Origin: Tubulanus polymorphus
Taxonomy: Eukaryota > Animalia > Nemertea
Length of the DNA: 64,000 nt
Reading direction: 5' to 3'
Assembly: GCF_964204645.1 (NCBI RefSeq)
Contig: NC_134030.1
Coordinates: 20,482,210-20,546,209 of the forward strand
A program made the position numbers and the translations under genes. Below the pieces are notes generated by a model. The model saw nothing but the letters and a program-made list of their open reading frames with translations. It searched no databases and had not been told where the DNA came from. This document shows positions 13,033 through 26,609 of this stretch, piece after piece (positions within the stretch are counted from its first letter, which is position 1; every line of letters begins with the position of its first letter).

Positions 13033-13869
13033 GTGAGTACCTTTGGTGGAAATACATTTCCCATGTAGGATGAAGCTAGTCGTCCTTGCGATGTTGGCCA
13101 TATCATACATGGTGCTTTAATATCACTTAAAATCTCCAGCTAATGTAATGGTACTTAAAAGTTGTCTACCCATGTTGTATCACTAACAATCTTCGCCAAT
13201 GTTGTGGGATTAAAGCTTCTACCTGTGTCGTGACTACTGAATCTCTTATATCGTGATCCGACTGGTCACCAATGTTGTACTACCTTATGCTACTAGTTCT
13301 TCGGTCTGCTTCTTCCTCGAGTTAGTTATTAAACACTTCTATCTGCTATGATCACGTTTTGCTTTCCATATTTTACCTCCTACTCGTTTCTTTCTCTGTT
13401 CCACTTTTCCTTCCCTTGAGCCAAAACCTTAGACGTATATACCTACCTAGTTCCCGCATTCCTCGAATACCTAAGCAATGACCACGTCATCTTCTAACCT
13501 GACCCTGGTTTGCTTAGTCCCAGTACTTCTATTCTACTCCCTCGACTAGTGCTAACCATCTCATATAATTCCTTATATTTCAAAATTAGGAAATAATGCT
13601 CTTCTCCCTTTCATACAAGCAGTTACCTTTCAGCGTGCGCACAAGCACACATTACACACACGCTGTGTACTCATACATTGGCTCTACAGTGCAATCAAAC
13701 GCATTAAGGAGCACTATGTCAGACAGAGAATATCATCAGGAATCCAGTGTAGCGGTTTATTTTGTTTACCTCCACCAGAAAAAATATTTTTGGGCCATTT
13801 CTATTTCTTACTTATTTAAGGTAAAAAGAAGATTTTTGGGCCAATTATTTCTTATTTATTTATTTTAAG

Positions 13870-14178
13870 GTATTAAGATAAATGAGTGTAAGCAGCTTGT
13901 TCAATCATTGGATTGTACTTGCAAAGCCGTTAGTAAGATCGGTGAAGCAAACTTGAACGTTGCATTTTATCCTAACGGATTCGAAGATAAACGTCTTGAT
14001 TTCTATTTGAGTCGGGCCCCAACGGAGCAAAAAGTGATAAAGAATGGAGTTATCAACAGAATTTCGTGGGATCTATCGACAATGAGGTTTGCCACTGCGA
14101 TTCAATGTCGTTTGTCGACGTACAATGGTAAAAAACCAGCAAATAGAATAGAACATCAACGTAAAGTGGACGTAACGT
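13870..14178 (+). CDS. Gene C1 exon 3: Ig-like domain Q1
   Basis: 309 nt, phase 1-1, ttttaag| ... |gtaagt. Reads LDCTC...IQCRL...KVDVT, with three paralogous copies in the window. Confidence 0.82.
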
Positions 14179-15301
14179 GTAAGTTTTGAACATTTCTATC
14201 AATGAACTAAACAGCAGTAAACCCGAAAAACACAACTGAACAGCTTTTAACAAATCAGCTTTTGTGGAATATTGTGCCGGTCTTTCGAGGTCCCCATTGT
14301 TGCGAGAATTTTCGCTCATTTTTGAAATATGAGTTTTGATTGAATATCAATTAGCTCTGCAGTCCCTTGGTGAATTTAATCATATAATCAGCAAAAAGGA
14401 AATGAAATGCAGATATGTGCCGAGTTCCTTGAACGCACCAATTTAGAGCAGTGACGATGAGAAACCAAGGACCGTATATTCTGGCCATTTCTAAATGTTT
14501 CAAGACTGCTAATCGGTAGTCAGTGCGGAATGTTTGGTTTTCTAAGAATAATTAGGGGTCGTAGGTTGTCATGATTTACATGAATTTCATGGATTCGAAC
14601 CCAACACCCGAACGGCCAGTTGACAGCAAACAACAGCCTAAGCAGTATTGTACTGGGGAACGTTCTTCGCGAAATCTAAACGGCCAATTTTCTCATCCAA
14701 GCAACTAAGCATAACTCCTTGCTTCTGATGCCAACAGCTATTAATAAGCACACGGATCACACTACTACCGATCTTACTCCTGTACGTACCGACGATAATT
14801 TGTTATTTATGATAGTAATTTAATGGTGTAGAGATTCGCGATGTCATCAATTCGAATCTGTCCTCATGAGGGAGGAACATGGTTGTATCTACGAGTTGAG
14901 ATGATTGCTCTTGGTAGAGTCGCGCGATGCCCACCAGATTCAAATCCCTAGCGTAGCACATTGTCTCTCTGCTTGAAAGGCGTAGCAGCGGTTAGCGATG
15001 GCCCAGGCCCCATTTGAACCTGATGGCAATGTGAGACTTTGCCACATTTCTCCGTCGGCAGGGATTCGGACCTGGCGACGATGTTAGACTCCCCCACATT
15101 CCTCCCTCAAAAGGTTTTGAACCTATTGCTCTGAGCATATCTTCGTTGGATTCATTTGACAATGAAGCGAATAAATATCGAGTCATCCAATAGGCTCCAC
15201 AAGTAATACAGACTGTACACAGGTCTTACAAGTAGGGCCTAATGAATATGTCTAATACTGATCGCTTATAGATGAATTCTTAACTTACTTTTATTATTCA
15301 G

Positions 15302-15595
15302 CACCTTATGGAGTTGTACTGGAAAGCATGAATGTATTACCGGGTACACATTTATTATTGTCGCAGGAAGGTAAAACTGTTAATATTACTTGTAAACAGC
15401 GCAACGCTGCAGCGACTGGTGTACAATTCCAGCTTCACGAGAAAAATGCAGCAGGAGGACCCTGGACTCGAATACCTCTTACCTCATCTAACCCAGTGTG
15501 GACAATTTTACCCGATGCTGGCAAACAATATAGATGTGTGGCCAATAATTCAGCCGGAGCGAAAAGAAGTAAATTCTACAAATCGGATGTTATCA
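15302..15595 (+). CDS. Gene C1 exon 4: Ig domain P2
   Basis: 294 nt, near-identical to 12739-13032, splice sites intact. Confidence 0.88.
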
Positions 15596-15861
15596 GTGAG
15601 TGCCTTTGGTGGAAATACATTTCCCATGTAGGATGAAGCTAGTCGTCCTTGCCATGTTGGTATTCTGGCCATAACCCTAACTGGACAAAAGCACAGATCC
15701 GCACCTCTTATAAATGGTGCTGTAATATCACTTAAAATCTCCACCTAATGTAATGGTACTTAAAAGTTCTCCGCCAATGCTGCTTCCACCTGTCGGCGGC
15801 GTGTGTGTATTTATAATTGAAATAAAAGTATACTATTATATAATGATATTATATTATACAG

Positions 15862-16170
15862 GTTTAAAGATAAATGAGTGTAAGCAGCTTGTTCAATCAT
15901 TGGATTGTACTTGTAAAGCCGTTAGTAAGATCGGTGATGCAAACTTGAACGTGGCATTTTATCCTAACGGATTCGAAGATAAACGTCTTGATTTCTATTT
16001 GAGTCGGGCCCCAACGGAGCAAAAAGTGATAAAGAATGGAGTTATCAACAGAATTTCGTGGGATCTATCGACAATGAGGTTTGCCACTGCGATTCAATGT
16101 CGTTTGTCGACGTACAATGGTAAAAAACCAGCAAATAGAATAGAACATCAACGTAAAGTGGACGTAACGT
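15862..16170 (+). CDS. Gene C1 exon 5: Ig-like domain Q2
   Basis: 309 nt, near-identical to 13870-14178, splice sites intact. Confidence 0.82.
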
Positions 16171-16523
16171 GTAAGTTTTGAACATTTCTATCAATGAACT
16201 AAACAGCAGTAAACCCGAAAACAACAACTGGAGCAACTTTTAACAAATTTTTCAAGGTTCTGTTTTCTTGGAATTTCTTTTAGTTCCATATTACTACGCT
16301 TTTATGTTTCAGCTTGCGCATTAATTCTCCGATTTACTCTTAAATTAACTCGAAACATTGCACTATAATGCCGAATATCAGACTTGGGCCGATGTATATA
16401 TTTAGCGTTTGATTATGCTGGTGTAATGAACAGTGATGAAGACTCAGAGGTCGTTAGTTGTAGAATCTATCATGACACAAGTTCATGCTTGTTATTTCAT
16501 CCACGTTTGTTTCGTTTGTTCAG

Positions 16524-16790
16524 ATTTTAGGCCCGATTTCAAGAAAAGCGGTGAAAATGAAACGAATGCAGCGTATATCGTAACCATATATAGTTATCCG
16601 ATGACGAAAGAAGTTACATGTGACCCTCCAGCTGTCGTTCAAAATCTATCGAACTCACAGTGGAATATAACGATACCAATTGTAGACAGTACCACAACTG
16701 ACTATAGCGGGCAGTGTTTGGCAGATGGTAAAAATGAAAACGTCATCGATGTCGCTGGTTATCATCGAAATGCTCCCACTGGTGAAGCGG
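16524..16790 (+). CDS. Gene C1 exon 6: membrane-proximal Ig-like domain D
   Basis: 267 nt, phase 1-1. VTCDPPA...WNITIPIVDSTTTDYSGQC is homologous to the B-gene D exons. Confidence 0.82.
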
Positions 16791-17002
16791 GTAAGATCCA
16801 AACAAATCATGAACCGGATTTTACTTTATTTCTCTGAACAATCGGATGATTTTTTGTATGATTTAATGAATTAGATTCGCTCGCGATGCATGTTTGTTAC
16901 AAATACGAGAAGTTGCAAAACATCTATTTATGCTAGCCTAATAATCGATACAAATACTGATTTATTTAGACTTGAGAATTTTATTTGCTGATGTTTGGAT
17001 AG

Positions 17003-17101
17003 GAGGAAATGGAGAAACTGTGGGAATTGCGTCATCTATTTTGGGATTCACGTTATTTCTCGTTTTGACGATCTCGTTTGTACTTTGGTACTGTGGCAAT
17101 T
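17003..17101 (+). CDS. Gene C1 exon 7: transmembrane helix GGNGETVGIASSILGFTLFLVLTISFVLWYCGN
   Basis: 99 nt, phase 1-1, tag| ... |gtaagt, with a hydrophobic stretch of ~23 aa. Confidence 0.8.
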
Positions 17102-17181
17102 GTAAGTTATACTTGAAACTATCATCGAATTAGAAAAGAACTATTACAGAAATAAAAGACTTTTTTATTGCTTATTTTCAG

Positions 17182-17232
17182 TGCGTTTCGTCAAAAACCC
17201 TAAGAAAAAAGAACAGCCTAATGGTGGAAATG
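17182..17232 (+). CDS. Gene C1 exon 8: basic juxtamembrane segment LRFVKNPKKKEQPNGGN
   Basis: 51 nt, phase 1-1, tttcag| ... |gtaagt. Confidence 0.75.
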
Positions 17233-17368
17233 GTAAGTTCTACAAAACGAATTGGGCATGTAACTGGAATAATTGAAAAACTGGATTAAACCAATCATGA
17301 TTAATCCCTAGTTCGGGATTTCACTGGCAAGTAAGATCGGATGATCGAATATACTTACTGCTTTGTTT

Positions 17369-18820
17369 AGTGTATGTGACTATAGCCATGGTTGACCGTG
17401 ACCGACCCAATGGTACTACGAGAAAGTTATTGCCTGATGTTGATGATCTAAGTCGCCGCGAACCCTCAGCAACCTGACAGCGAAGAAACCGATGCAAACT
17501 AATTTTCGTTTGACTCTACCTGATTATGAAAATTAAAATAGTGACGGATTATGTCTAACTCTAAAAGCGATGACAAAGATCTTTTTTTTCGAATTGTCTC
17601 TTACAAAAAAATGATGTAATTATTACGAGTCATTATTGTTTGAGTTACGATAAGTGAATGTTAGGCATTATTGTTGAATTCCGTAGAAAATAAAAAGCCA
17701 TCACCTGCATAACTTTTGAATTTATCTGAAGCGTTTGAACCCCTTAATTTCTAATGGCATCTGGTAATTCAATATTGAACGAAATCATCCATCACATTTC
17801 CGTTGATGCTATCAATACTGAACTGTTGGTCCATGGCTCCAGCCTCAAACCATTAGCTTTAAATGTCATCATTTAAACCACGGTCCAAAATTTGTATATT
17901 ACTCAAAACGGTTAGAATAAGACATATAGATCATATCACACCTTAACAACCATGACATCGAGGGAATAATTTATTTGTTTGTTTATTCATTCATGTATTT
18001 ATCTATTCTTTTACTCTTTAAAAATAGGCTTAATTGTAAACTGATTACTCACCTCATCATCTCACCATACATCTCCCTTATCGAAAATTACCACCAAAAT
18101 AAAAATTAATTTTCAATCAGTACATCCTATGAGTTTCATGCTCCTTATATGTAACTTACCGATGTATCTTTAGGTAATGTTTCAGGAATAGATAAATTTC
18201 ATCGTTGTTGCAAATCATTTGTAGAACGAATCGATTTCTGTGCTCCAAAGTAAAATGTACTTGGTTGATCCTACTGGACGCGTGGTCCTTCGGTATTTCT
18301 TCTGCTTCACTTGTCGAACATATACGTTACCCCCAAAATTATCATCCCCTCAATCCATACCGTGCCTGTTGTGTGTCAGCGAGCGTGAATAATGTGAGAG
18401 AGTGTCTGGATGACCAAGTAACAGGCAATTTGCTGCATTCATATTGTTCGTGTACATACACGTGTAACTGTGTCGAAGATGAGCTGCACTTCATCTTAAC
18501 GTGTAGTAAATTCAACAAGGAAGAAATTTAATTTGGTAAATGTTGGTGTAAATAATGTAAATATAATTTTTAATGATATGGGTTGTCAAGCGGAATTGGT
18601 AAATTCCGGGAACATATCCAATTGTGATTGAATTTTATATCTTATTTTTGTGCTTGAGGTTTTTTGTGTTCCGTACCTGTCTCGTGAATTTTTCTTGTAA
18701 ATATCTTTGTAATTCTGGTATTGTATATATGTATATATTGTTTTCCTTTTCTTCTGTTTCGCTGTCCATTGACGATCATGTCATTTGATTATGATGAATA
18801 AACCAAATAACCAACTAAAT
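17369..18820. repeat. Block duplicated at 62579-64000; contains a LINE 3' remnant
   Basis: Colinear, highly similar sequence. CNCVEDELHFILTCSKF resembles the zinc-knuckle end of LINE ORF2. Confidence 0.85.
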
Positions 18821-21800
18821 TCTGAATGTACATCCACTGTATAGTTTTTGAATCGTAAATCTTTGTAAATAAAGATCTGAGTTATAAGTGCTTATAAGTG
18901 AGTTATTGAGCTTTTACATTTCGAGCCTCGGGACGTTCGGTCCTCTAGTTTTCATAATTGGAATGATAGTGAATTTGATACAGAGGAGAGAATTGATGAA
19001 TTATCTATAATTGTAACAGGTTAAAGTTCTCCGAGTTAAAATCCCCCCAAATTTGATTTCACGGCTAGATATGATAAAATACATGTACTTCAATATTCTT
19101 ATCTTGAAAAACAGAAAATACTTCAAATTTCAGAAATTTCAAATTTTCTGTGCTGTATTTCACAATATACACCTTGGATAATCTGTGACTTTTAACAAGC
19201 GACATGCATACAAAATATCATCGTAGTTTTGAAAATTTCTATGAAGAAATCTAGATTTGAAGTGATAGTAGAATATCCATGTACCCTGAATATTATTGTA
19301 AAAAGTTTTATTTAGGTTTTATACCTGAGTTTGATAGAAAACCGAACGTGGGGAAATTTTACTAGGGGGATTTTTAGCTGGGGAACTTTTACCGAGTGGG
19401 ATTTTTACCGGGGGATATTTACCTACATTCATTCTACATAGGCTACAAGACAGAAACTGCTACCAACTCGAAGATTTGTGTTCAACATACGTCTAATGTC
19501 TATTTCAACTTGACTTGAGAGCATAACAAGTGGCCTAGCTCAGTTAGTTTTGGTGTTACATACCTGATAAAAGTCTTAAAAGTCGAAACCAGTTCACATT
19601 GCGTCTAGGGGATACATTGTCCTTTTTGAATGCAATAATCAATGAATACTTCGGTTTGAATAGCATCAGTTCTGAGGATTAAACCATTCACAGGGGCCTA
19701 TATCGTGTTCACACTAACTAGATTTCATCATGGAGGAAGGGACGTTAAACGTGGCGTGAGGATCCAGAGGATCCAGCCGTCTAAGAGTCCATGATTTCAT
19801 TAGGGATTTGCGATGTTGAGAAGTGACGCTACGGCGCAGGTTTGCCGGACTTATATACAATAACTCTACAACTTGCTACAGGATTTTCACGCGATTCGAA
19901 TTTTCGCTCAGGTACCTAGAAAAAACCTTTATTCCACCATAAGATCGTCCTGTCGACATAATTTCAGTTGTAATATACAACTTCTCCTTTGTTTTTAATG
20001 TATTGAATTTGTCATTTTTTAGGCCATTCCTCAATTACTCACCAGGCCCTGATTGCTGCATAGAGTACTGCAGACCATCCTCACTTGAACCTGAACTTGA
20101 ACCCAGAACCTGATTTCCGTCAATGCGCGTGCTGCTGATTAAACTAATCTGGCCCGATAGAACTAAATGCTGCAGCCTGGATTGCACATCTTCATAAGGA
20201 GAAGACAACTTATCGAAATTGTCAAGGAAACTGAACTCATAAATTGGCGAGTAGATATTTTGGCAACCATCTCCGCCTGCATCACACTAAACCTTTTGAG
20301 CCAGTCAGTCCAAAGATTTCCGTTTGAGTTAGTAATTCGAATTTATTGATTTTCTATTGATATTGTTTTAAGATATATCTGCGATAATTGATAATTATCA
20401 TATTTTCTCATGATCATTTATGATTATCATCATTATTACTGATCACATTAAATGTCATCAATCACGGAACACAACTTATTGGTAGTAATCATTCTATGTT
20501 GAAATATATCTCGCTTCTTAATTTACATCAGCATTTTTGAATAGTGATGAACACGCTCGTATTGCTGTGAAAATCTGTTTCTTCATTTTTTGTATAGTCT
20601 AAAAATGAAAGATATGAGTTCCAGTCGAATAATCAGACAGTCAATATACTTGGACTTGCATAAGGGCAGTTTGAATCTTTAAATCATGTATTATCTAAAT
20701 TACCAATATCTTGTCATAAAAGATAACGATCATGAGTACATTTGGAATTTTACAAAATCGTATAATAGATAATATTCTTCAACCTATATCTATGTTTTTG
20801 ACATTTGAACGAACGGAAATACCTTTGTTCAGTGCATGAAAAAAAGACGTATGTCTGGTTGAGCAAACCACAATATCAATCGAAGATAACATCCTGACAT
20901 CCGGAATAAAATAATAGCTATTTGTTTTTATTGATATGGAGGGTTTTTGCTTAATCATATTATTTACTATATTGAAGACTGAAAATAATCTCAAACCATT
21001 TATAACATATGTATGGGTTCCTAGTGTCCATGCAATTGGCCACATACAACCATACCACCACGTTTCTAGAATTATTTGCGACGTTTATCATCTTTATCCT
21101 GTCAAACCTTTGGATTTTTATGGTTCAAGGGCTTTAAGTTTTCGGATGAATTGGGACCTGTGTTAGTATTTATCACCATTGTTTGAATTTGAGCAACGCA
21201 GTCAAATCGAAGCAATTGTCAAAGCAATTTACTTTTGAATTAGTCGTTTTCTGTGATATTCAATTGTCACTATTAAGTGCACGTGTCCTTGTGGAGAGAA
21301 TACCTTCGGGTATCGTTATGAGCTAGAAATTGCGCGATTTGTTTCGACAAAACGTCAAATTCCATGACATCATTAAAAAAAATAAGCATGTGAGAAAGTA
21401 CTTCAATATTATCTAATATCATCATTCATTTTATGCTAAAATGAAATTATACCGGCCAATTATGAGAAACGGGTTACTTTTGTAAACTGCAATAATTTTT
21501 GTAATCAAGTTAATTTCCATAACTGCCGGGTCAACTTTTGAGCTCAGCAAAAATGAGAAACAAGGTATCAATGTTTTGTCTACTGGTAGCATGTCCAAGG
21601 AAACGTGATACTTGCACATCATGATATTCATCCAAAGCATCGATAGTTATAAATACAAAAGTTGCAAATATATTTTCTGAAAAAATGTTTGGAATATTCG
21701 AATGTCCTTTTTGTTAGAATACCATGTTGTACCGTTATCAGCTTATGAAAGTCCGCGCATTTTGATTCTGGATCTTCTCAAATTGCATGATTCAATTTAT

Positions 21801-23667
21801 ATACATGTAGTACCAATACCAATTCATGTTACGTGTCCATTAGTTTAAGGACCTAATGATTCACCACTCCAATGACGTATACGAAATATACTAAAGCTGA
21901 TATCAATCAGACGGTGGTTGTTCGGTGTTAGGAGCGGTTCGCGTCGCTGTTAATTCAATCTATAAACATAACGTATTTGTTGTGCTACAGAAGTCGATAC
22001 TTGAAAAAAAAACATCTCTATGATCATGACTTGCTAGTGGGTGCGCTTTTACGGCGACGATTCCTCACCCGAGTCCAGCATGACATATAGCGCCAGTGTC
22101 CGCCGAACTGCCGCGATGATAAAACATAGGCTATCAACACGAAAAGAGTTAAAGAATTTTTCTAAGGCATTAGAGAGGTGGCTAGCCACCCTATTCAACC
22201 CAATGTTCTAGGAATGAATTTCAATTTATTACAATTTTTTAGTGAGTAATAACGACTTGGTTTGAAGACGCGTTCGAAAAGTAGATTATTATTGCATTGA
22301 TAAATCTATTCGTTTAGAAGGAATAAATGTTGAATGATGTATGAGGTTTGATTTGTTGCACAAATATGTTTTGCTCGCATGCCATCGAAATGATTATCCG
22401 GGTTGCTCCCCTGTCCCAGGGGTGTCACTCAGGCATCAAACCTTAACTATGAATATTGTTTGTTAAAGTCAGAATTACTGTTTTCTTTTTCAGATCAGCT
22501 ATTCCTCACTTCCCATTATCAGCACCTGATTGCTGCCAATACCACGGGGCTGACTGAACCAACGCTGCTTGAGAACATAAGAACTAATCCGTTGCTCCAC
22601 ACGGATATGAATCGGTGGTGAGTAGATTTGTTTTTAACAGAAAATGTCATGTATCAAAATTAAATCATAAGTTTTAATGGTGAGCGTCGCAATTCTATTT
22701 TTCTAGATGAGCCTTTCTACCTCCTCGTGACTACAGCAACGACAGCTCATTGGGCTTTAACCCTTCCCAACATCTCCACTCAAGACCTAATTGCTGCCTA
22801 AACCAGCCTGGCCCAAACATACAATCCTCATGACGTAATTGCTGTTGGGATGTGAGAACTGTAGCCTGGATGTTACATCTCCCGAAGAAAAGTTAACTGA
22901 TCGAAAAAATCCGTGCAGCTTCGCTCATGAATTGGTGAGTAGACATTTTAACTGTTTGTTGTATCGGAAGTTAGGTCGGGTCGTTACAGCAAACTCAGAT
23001 ACAGTTAGATCCTTACACTCCTCTCGAATTAACTTGTGACCAATTTGTGTTTGAGTTTAGGTGATGATTCAAGTTTTTCGAATGAAGCTGATATTCTATT
23101 GTTGAAATTATTATGAAGTTAGGTCGGGTTAAAGCTTATCAAACAGACTTTCGTCACAAAGATGCAGCGGAATTTCTCTAAACTCGAATCGTTTTGTAAC
23201 CAGTGATGTATAGTGGGAGTTACGGTGATCATTCTAATCACTCCCGTATTCAAGAAGTATTTTTTGTTTCAATGGTTTTAAAGATCTAATATTTGTAAAC
23301 AAGTAGATAACGATGATGAGACTCGAAAGCATTTGCCATAAGTGGAGTGTCAAAATGTTGGGCAATTTGTCAGATAAAGAAACCTTTGATCTATTCGATA
23401 AACTTAATGACGAAATATTATCAGTAAAACCGACTTTTTATCAACCGGTTCATTTGTCCAGGACATTCATACAGTATTTTTAGAATAGTCGAACTAGGGC
23501 TTGTGACTGTGGTCACATATCTTAAGTTTAAAAATTTGTTTAGAAAAATCAGTCTCCCTTGTCTCGCGAAAGTGCGCTGATAAGATATATCGGTTTTTGT
23601 AATTACACAATATTATTTCTGATCGATTCGAATTGTATTGCAAAATTTAGACAGTCCCGCGTGCACA

Positions 23668-23915
23668 CTGTCCCGGTTGAATACATATCGTCCCGCTCAA
23701 CACAGTCCTGGTTGAATACATACCGCCCCGGTTGAATACACGCCGTCCCGGTTGAATACACGCCGTCCCGGTTGAATACACGCCGTCCCGGTTGAATACA
23801 CGCCGTCCCGGTTGAATACACACCGTCCCGGTTGAATACACGCCGTCCCGGTTGAATACACGCCGTCCCGGTTGAATTCACGCCGTCCCGGTTGAATGCA
23901 CTCCGTCCCGGTTGA
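23668..23915. repeat. 20-bp minisatellite (gccgtcccggttgaatacac) x ~12
   Basis: Directly visible tandem units. Confidence 0.95.
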
Positions 23916-24072
23916 TACGCTGAAATTCACACAGAGCAAAGCGTCATTCTTCAAGCATGAGTCATAAATTTTGCACCATACATATTGACATGTCCCAGTA
24001 ATAAGACAGCAATTCTAAGTAAATTCTAAGTAATTTCTAGTAGACACTGTATAATTTTATTCTTTATTTCAG

Positions 24073-24146
24073 ATAAACGAAGGGAAGAGGTGGAGATGCT
24101 TGATCAGAACGAGGTGGTCAGCTCACCGAACGCAAAGAACAACTGA
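24073..24146 (+). CDS. Probable gene C1 terminal exon DKRREEVEMLDQNEVVSSPNAKNN* (predicted C1 total 594 aa)
   Basis: Strong acceptor tctttatttcag|, phase 1, compatible with exon 8. The nine exons sum to 1785 nt. Confidence 0.55.
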
Positions 24147-26609
24147 AATGGAGCACTCCGTAATTTACCCCATCAAACAAACATTAAAAGAAGTGTAATT
24201 TGATTAGTTAACACCTTCAATATACAATGAATCTTCATTCTTATCTAATCTTATGTTTGTGGATTGTTTCTTTTGGGCCAATGTTGGTCAGCAAAAGAAT
24301 GATCAACAAATCCAATTCTGAGACAAGTATTTGGCGTTTTCTTAGGGGAACGTTCTACTAATACCGTTGTTCCCCAAGTAGTGATTCCAACCATCATGAT
24401 TGCATAATCTGGAGATGTGCACGGTTTTGTAAATACGAGCCCGTGAGAAATTCAAGTATTACTTAAATCCAAGACAAATCCTAAAAAATTCTCTTCCCAA
24501 GATGGAAATTATTTCAGGAAATTTGATTTGATATTTGGCCGAGATATTACGCCCAATGATAGCATTCTCAATGGCATTTCACGAATTTGATAATGAAATT
24601 GTAATGATGTAATGACATCACTAATTGTTCTAAGAAAATGTTGGCGTCAAGTAAGAAGCATTGTGACATTAATAAAGATTGTGCAATGTAGTACTTTGTC
24701 GATCATATATTGTAGACCGCAGTTTGTACTTGATGTACAATAAACTAAATTACTATCAATGTTGTCTATATCAATTTCTTGTGGATATCATGAATTGATA
24801 ATACGAGCTGGGCCAATCAGATTCGAACGTTGTCATCTTCAAAGTATGGATTATAAAGCAGGCTTGAATGGGGTTCGAACCTAATTTTGCGTATCGATGA
24901 TGATGAGCAAATTAGAGGAACATTTCCCGAACCTGATAAGGATTTAGACAGACCGCTATCATAGCTACAGCGGCCGGTATAATAGTAGCCACTATATTCA
25001 AAACGTTTAACCGTTTATGAATTAATGCATGTGTCAGTCTGCAGCGTGGGCTGTGCGAACCCAATCGTCGTAATTCGAATCTGGATCTCGGCCAAACTTA
25101 AACTCAAGTAGATGACTAAGATCACCAGACCTCAGGTAGACTTGATATGAATTGTCAAGTAGATATCACACTTGAAGAGAGATTCGGACTGATACCTACT
25201 ACAATTCATTTTTGAACCTTAATTACCACCAAAAAAACTAATGGGTGACTATTTCGCATGCCTGAAAAGAGCTTCACCTATTCGAATTTATCTACGTACA
25301 AGAAACGACATTTTTCAAACTCGGCATCAGCAGAGAAGTCATTTAATAGCACCAAAACAGCAGATGAGGAGCGTCCTTACAATTTCCAAGCTTTACAACT
25401 CAATACATGTAATATTTTAGTTATCAATGAAGATGGCACCATCATTTCATTGTACCCCACTGATTTTCTGTTTTTGACAATTCTTTAAGAATGGTTCTCG
25501 CAGAATTGACAAAATGATATCCTAATAAACAAACGTGACACAAAATAAATTGAACTTAATTCAAAATCTCAATAACTCTATTCGGAATTTATGAACGATT
25601 TCAGCCGTGTCATCATATACTGAAAAGAAGATGTCCTTTCTTACAGAAGCCCACAACAGAATCACGCAGGAACCAACACAAACGAGGTTTATTTCATTTC
25701 ATAATCGGTTTATTTTATATAAATTGCACATAAATACGACTTGAGTGTCATAACCCATCTGATAATAACTTGAACGATATGATTGTAATACGCAGCTTGA
25801 TTGAAAGGTCAAAAGTGAACGAGGTGGCATATAAAAAACCCAGTCAAAATCTTTCCTTAACATGGAATGGCTCCAGTAAAAGATAATTGCACATAAATAC
25901 GTCATGACTCATCTGATAATGACTGAGGTTTGCCGTAGTTGGCTGAAAGGTCAAGTACAAAAAAAAACATTCAATAGATAGTCAGTCGTTTACATTATGG
26001 AATCGCTGGTAGACCGGAGCGCCATCTTGTGCCCGCGCACAGAGTTACTCAGTTACTTAGTAGGTTTCCTGAGAAAACTCTACGACAAGTGTATTCAGCG
26101 AAGGCGACATCTATGGCGTCGTTTAGAACCACAATCACAATCCCCCAATCCGGGGCCGTACATTTTATAACATCATTACAACAAGAAGCCATTACGTGAA
26201 AAATTCATATCCGACCTTTTCAACAATTGTGACAATTCTAGTCGCCATAACGACCGTAGAACATAACTGTTTTATAAGCTCTATTGCGCTTTTATTTATC
26301 TAAAATTCGCAAGGAGACAATTACGAATAATTTTCAAAATATGAACGAATAATTTTAAAGTTGCGTAGTAGGCAGTTTCTTAGGAGGTGATGACTTACAT
26401 TCACTTAAATTCAAATTTCAACTGGAGAATAGGAAAACTAATCATCAAAATATTTCGTAAAGCACAGAATATCAGTCAAATTTGTATCATTTCAAGTATC
26501 ACCTAAACTCAAACACAATCACAGGTTACAGATTAATTCGAGGTAAGAGGAGTGTAAGAAAACAACTGTATCTGAGATTGTTGTAACGAGGGGGCCATAT
26601 GTTTAATAG

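Noticed and set aside
19562-19590. Additional hammerhead-like strings (also ~23312-23330 and ~62351-62380)
   Set aside because: The core or stem II is degenerate, so they cannot be supported as ribozymes.
23668-23915. CRISPR-like appearance of regular repeats (also 45975-46858 and 54198-54575)
   Set aside because: The units are contiguous with no unique spacers, there are no cas genes, and the context is eukaryotic. These are minisatellites.
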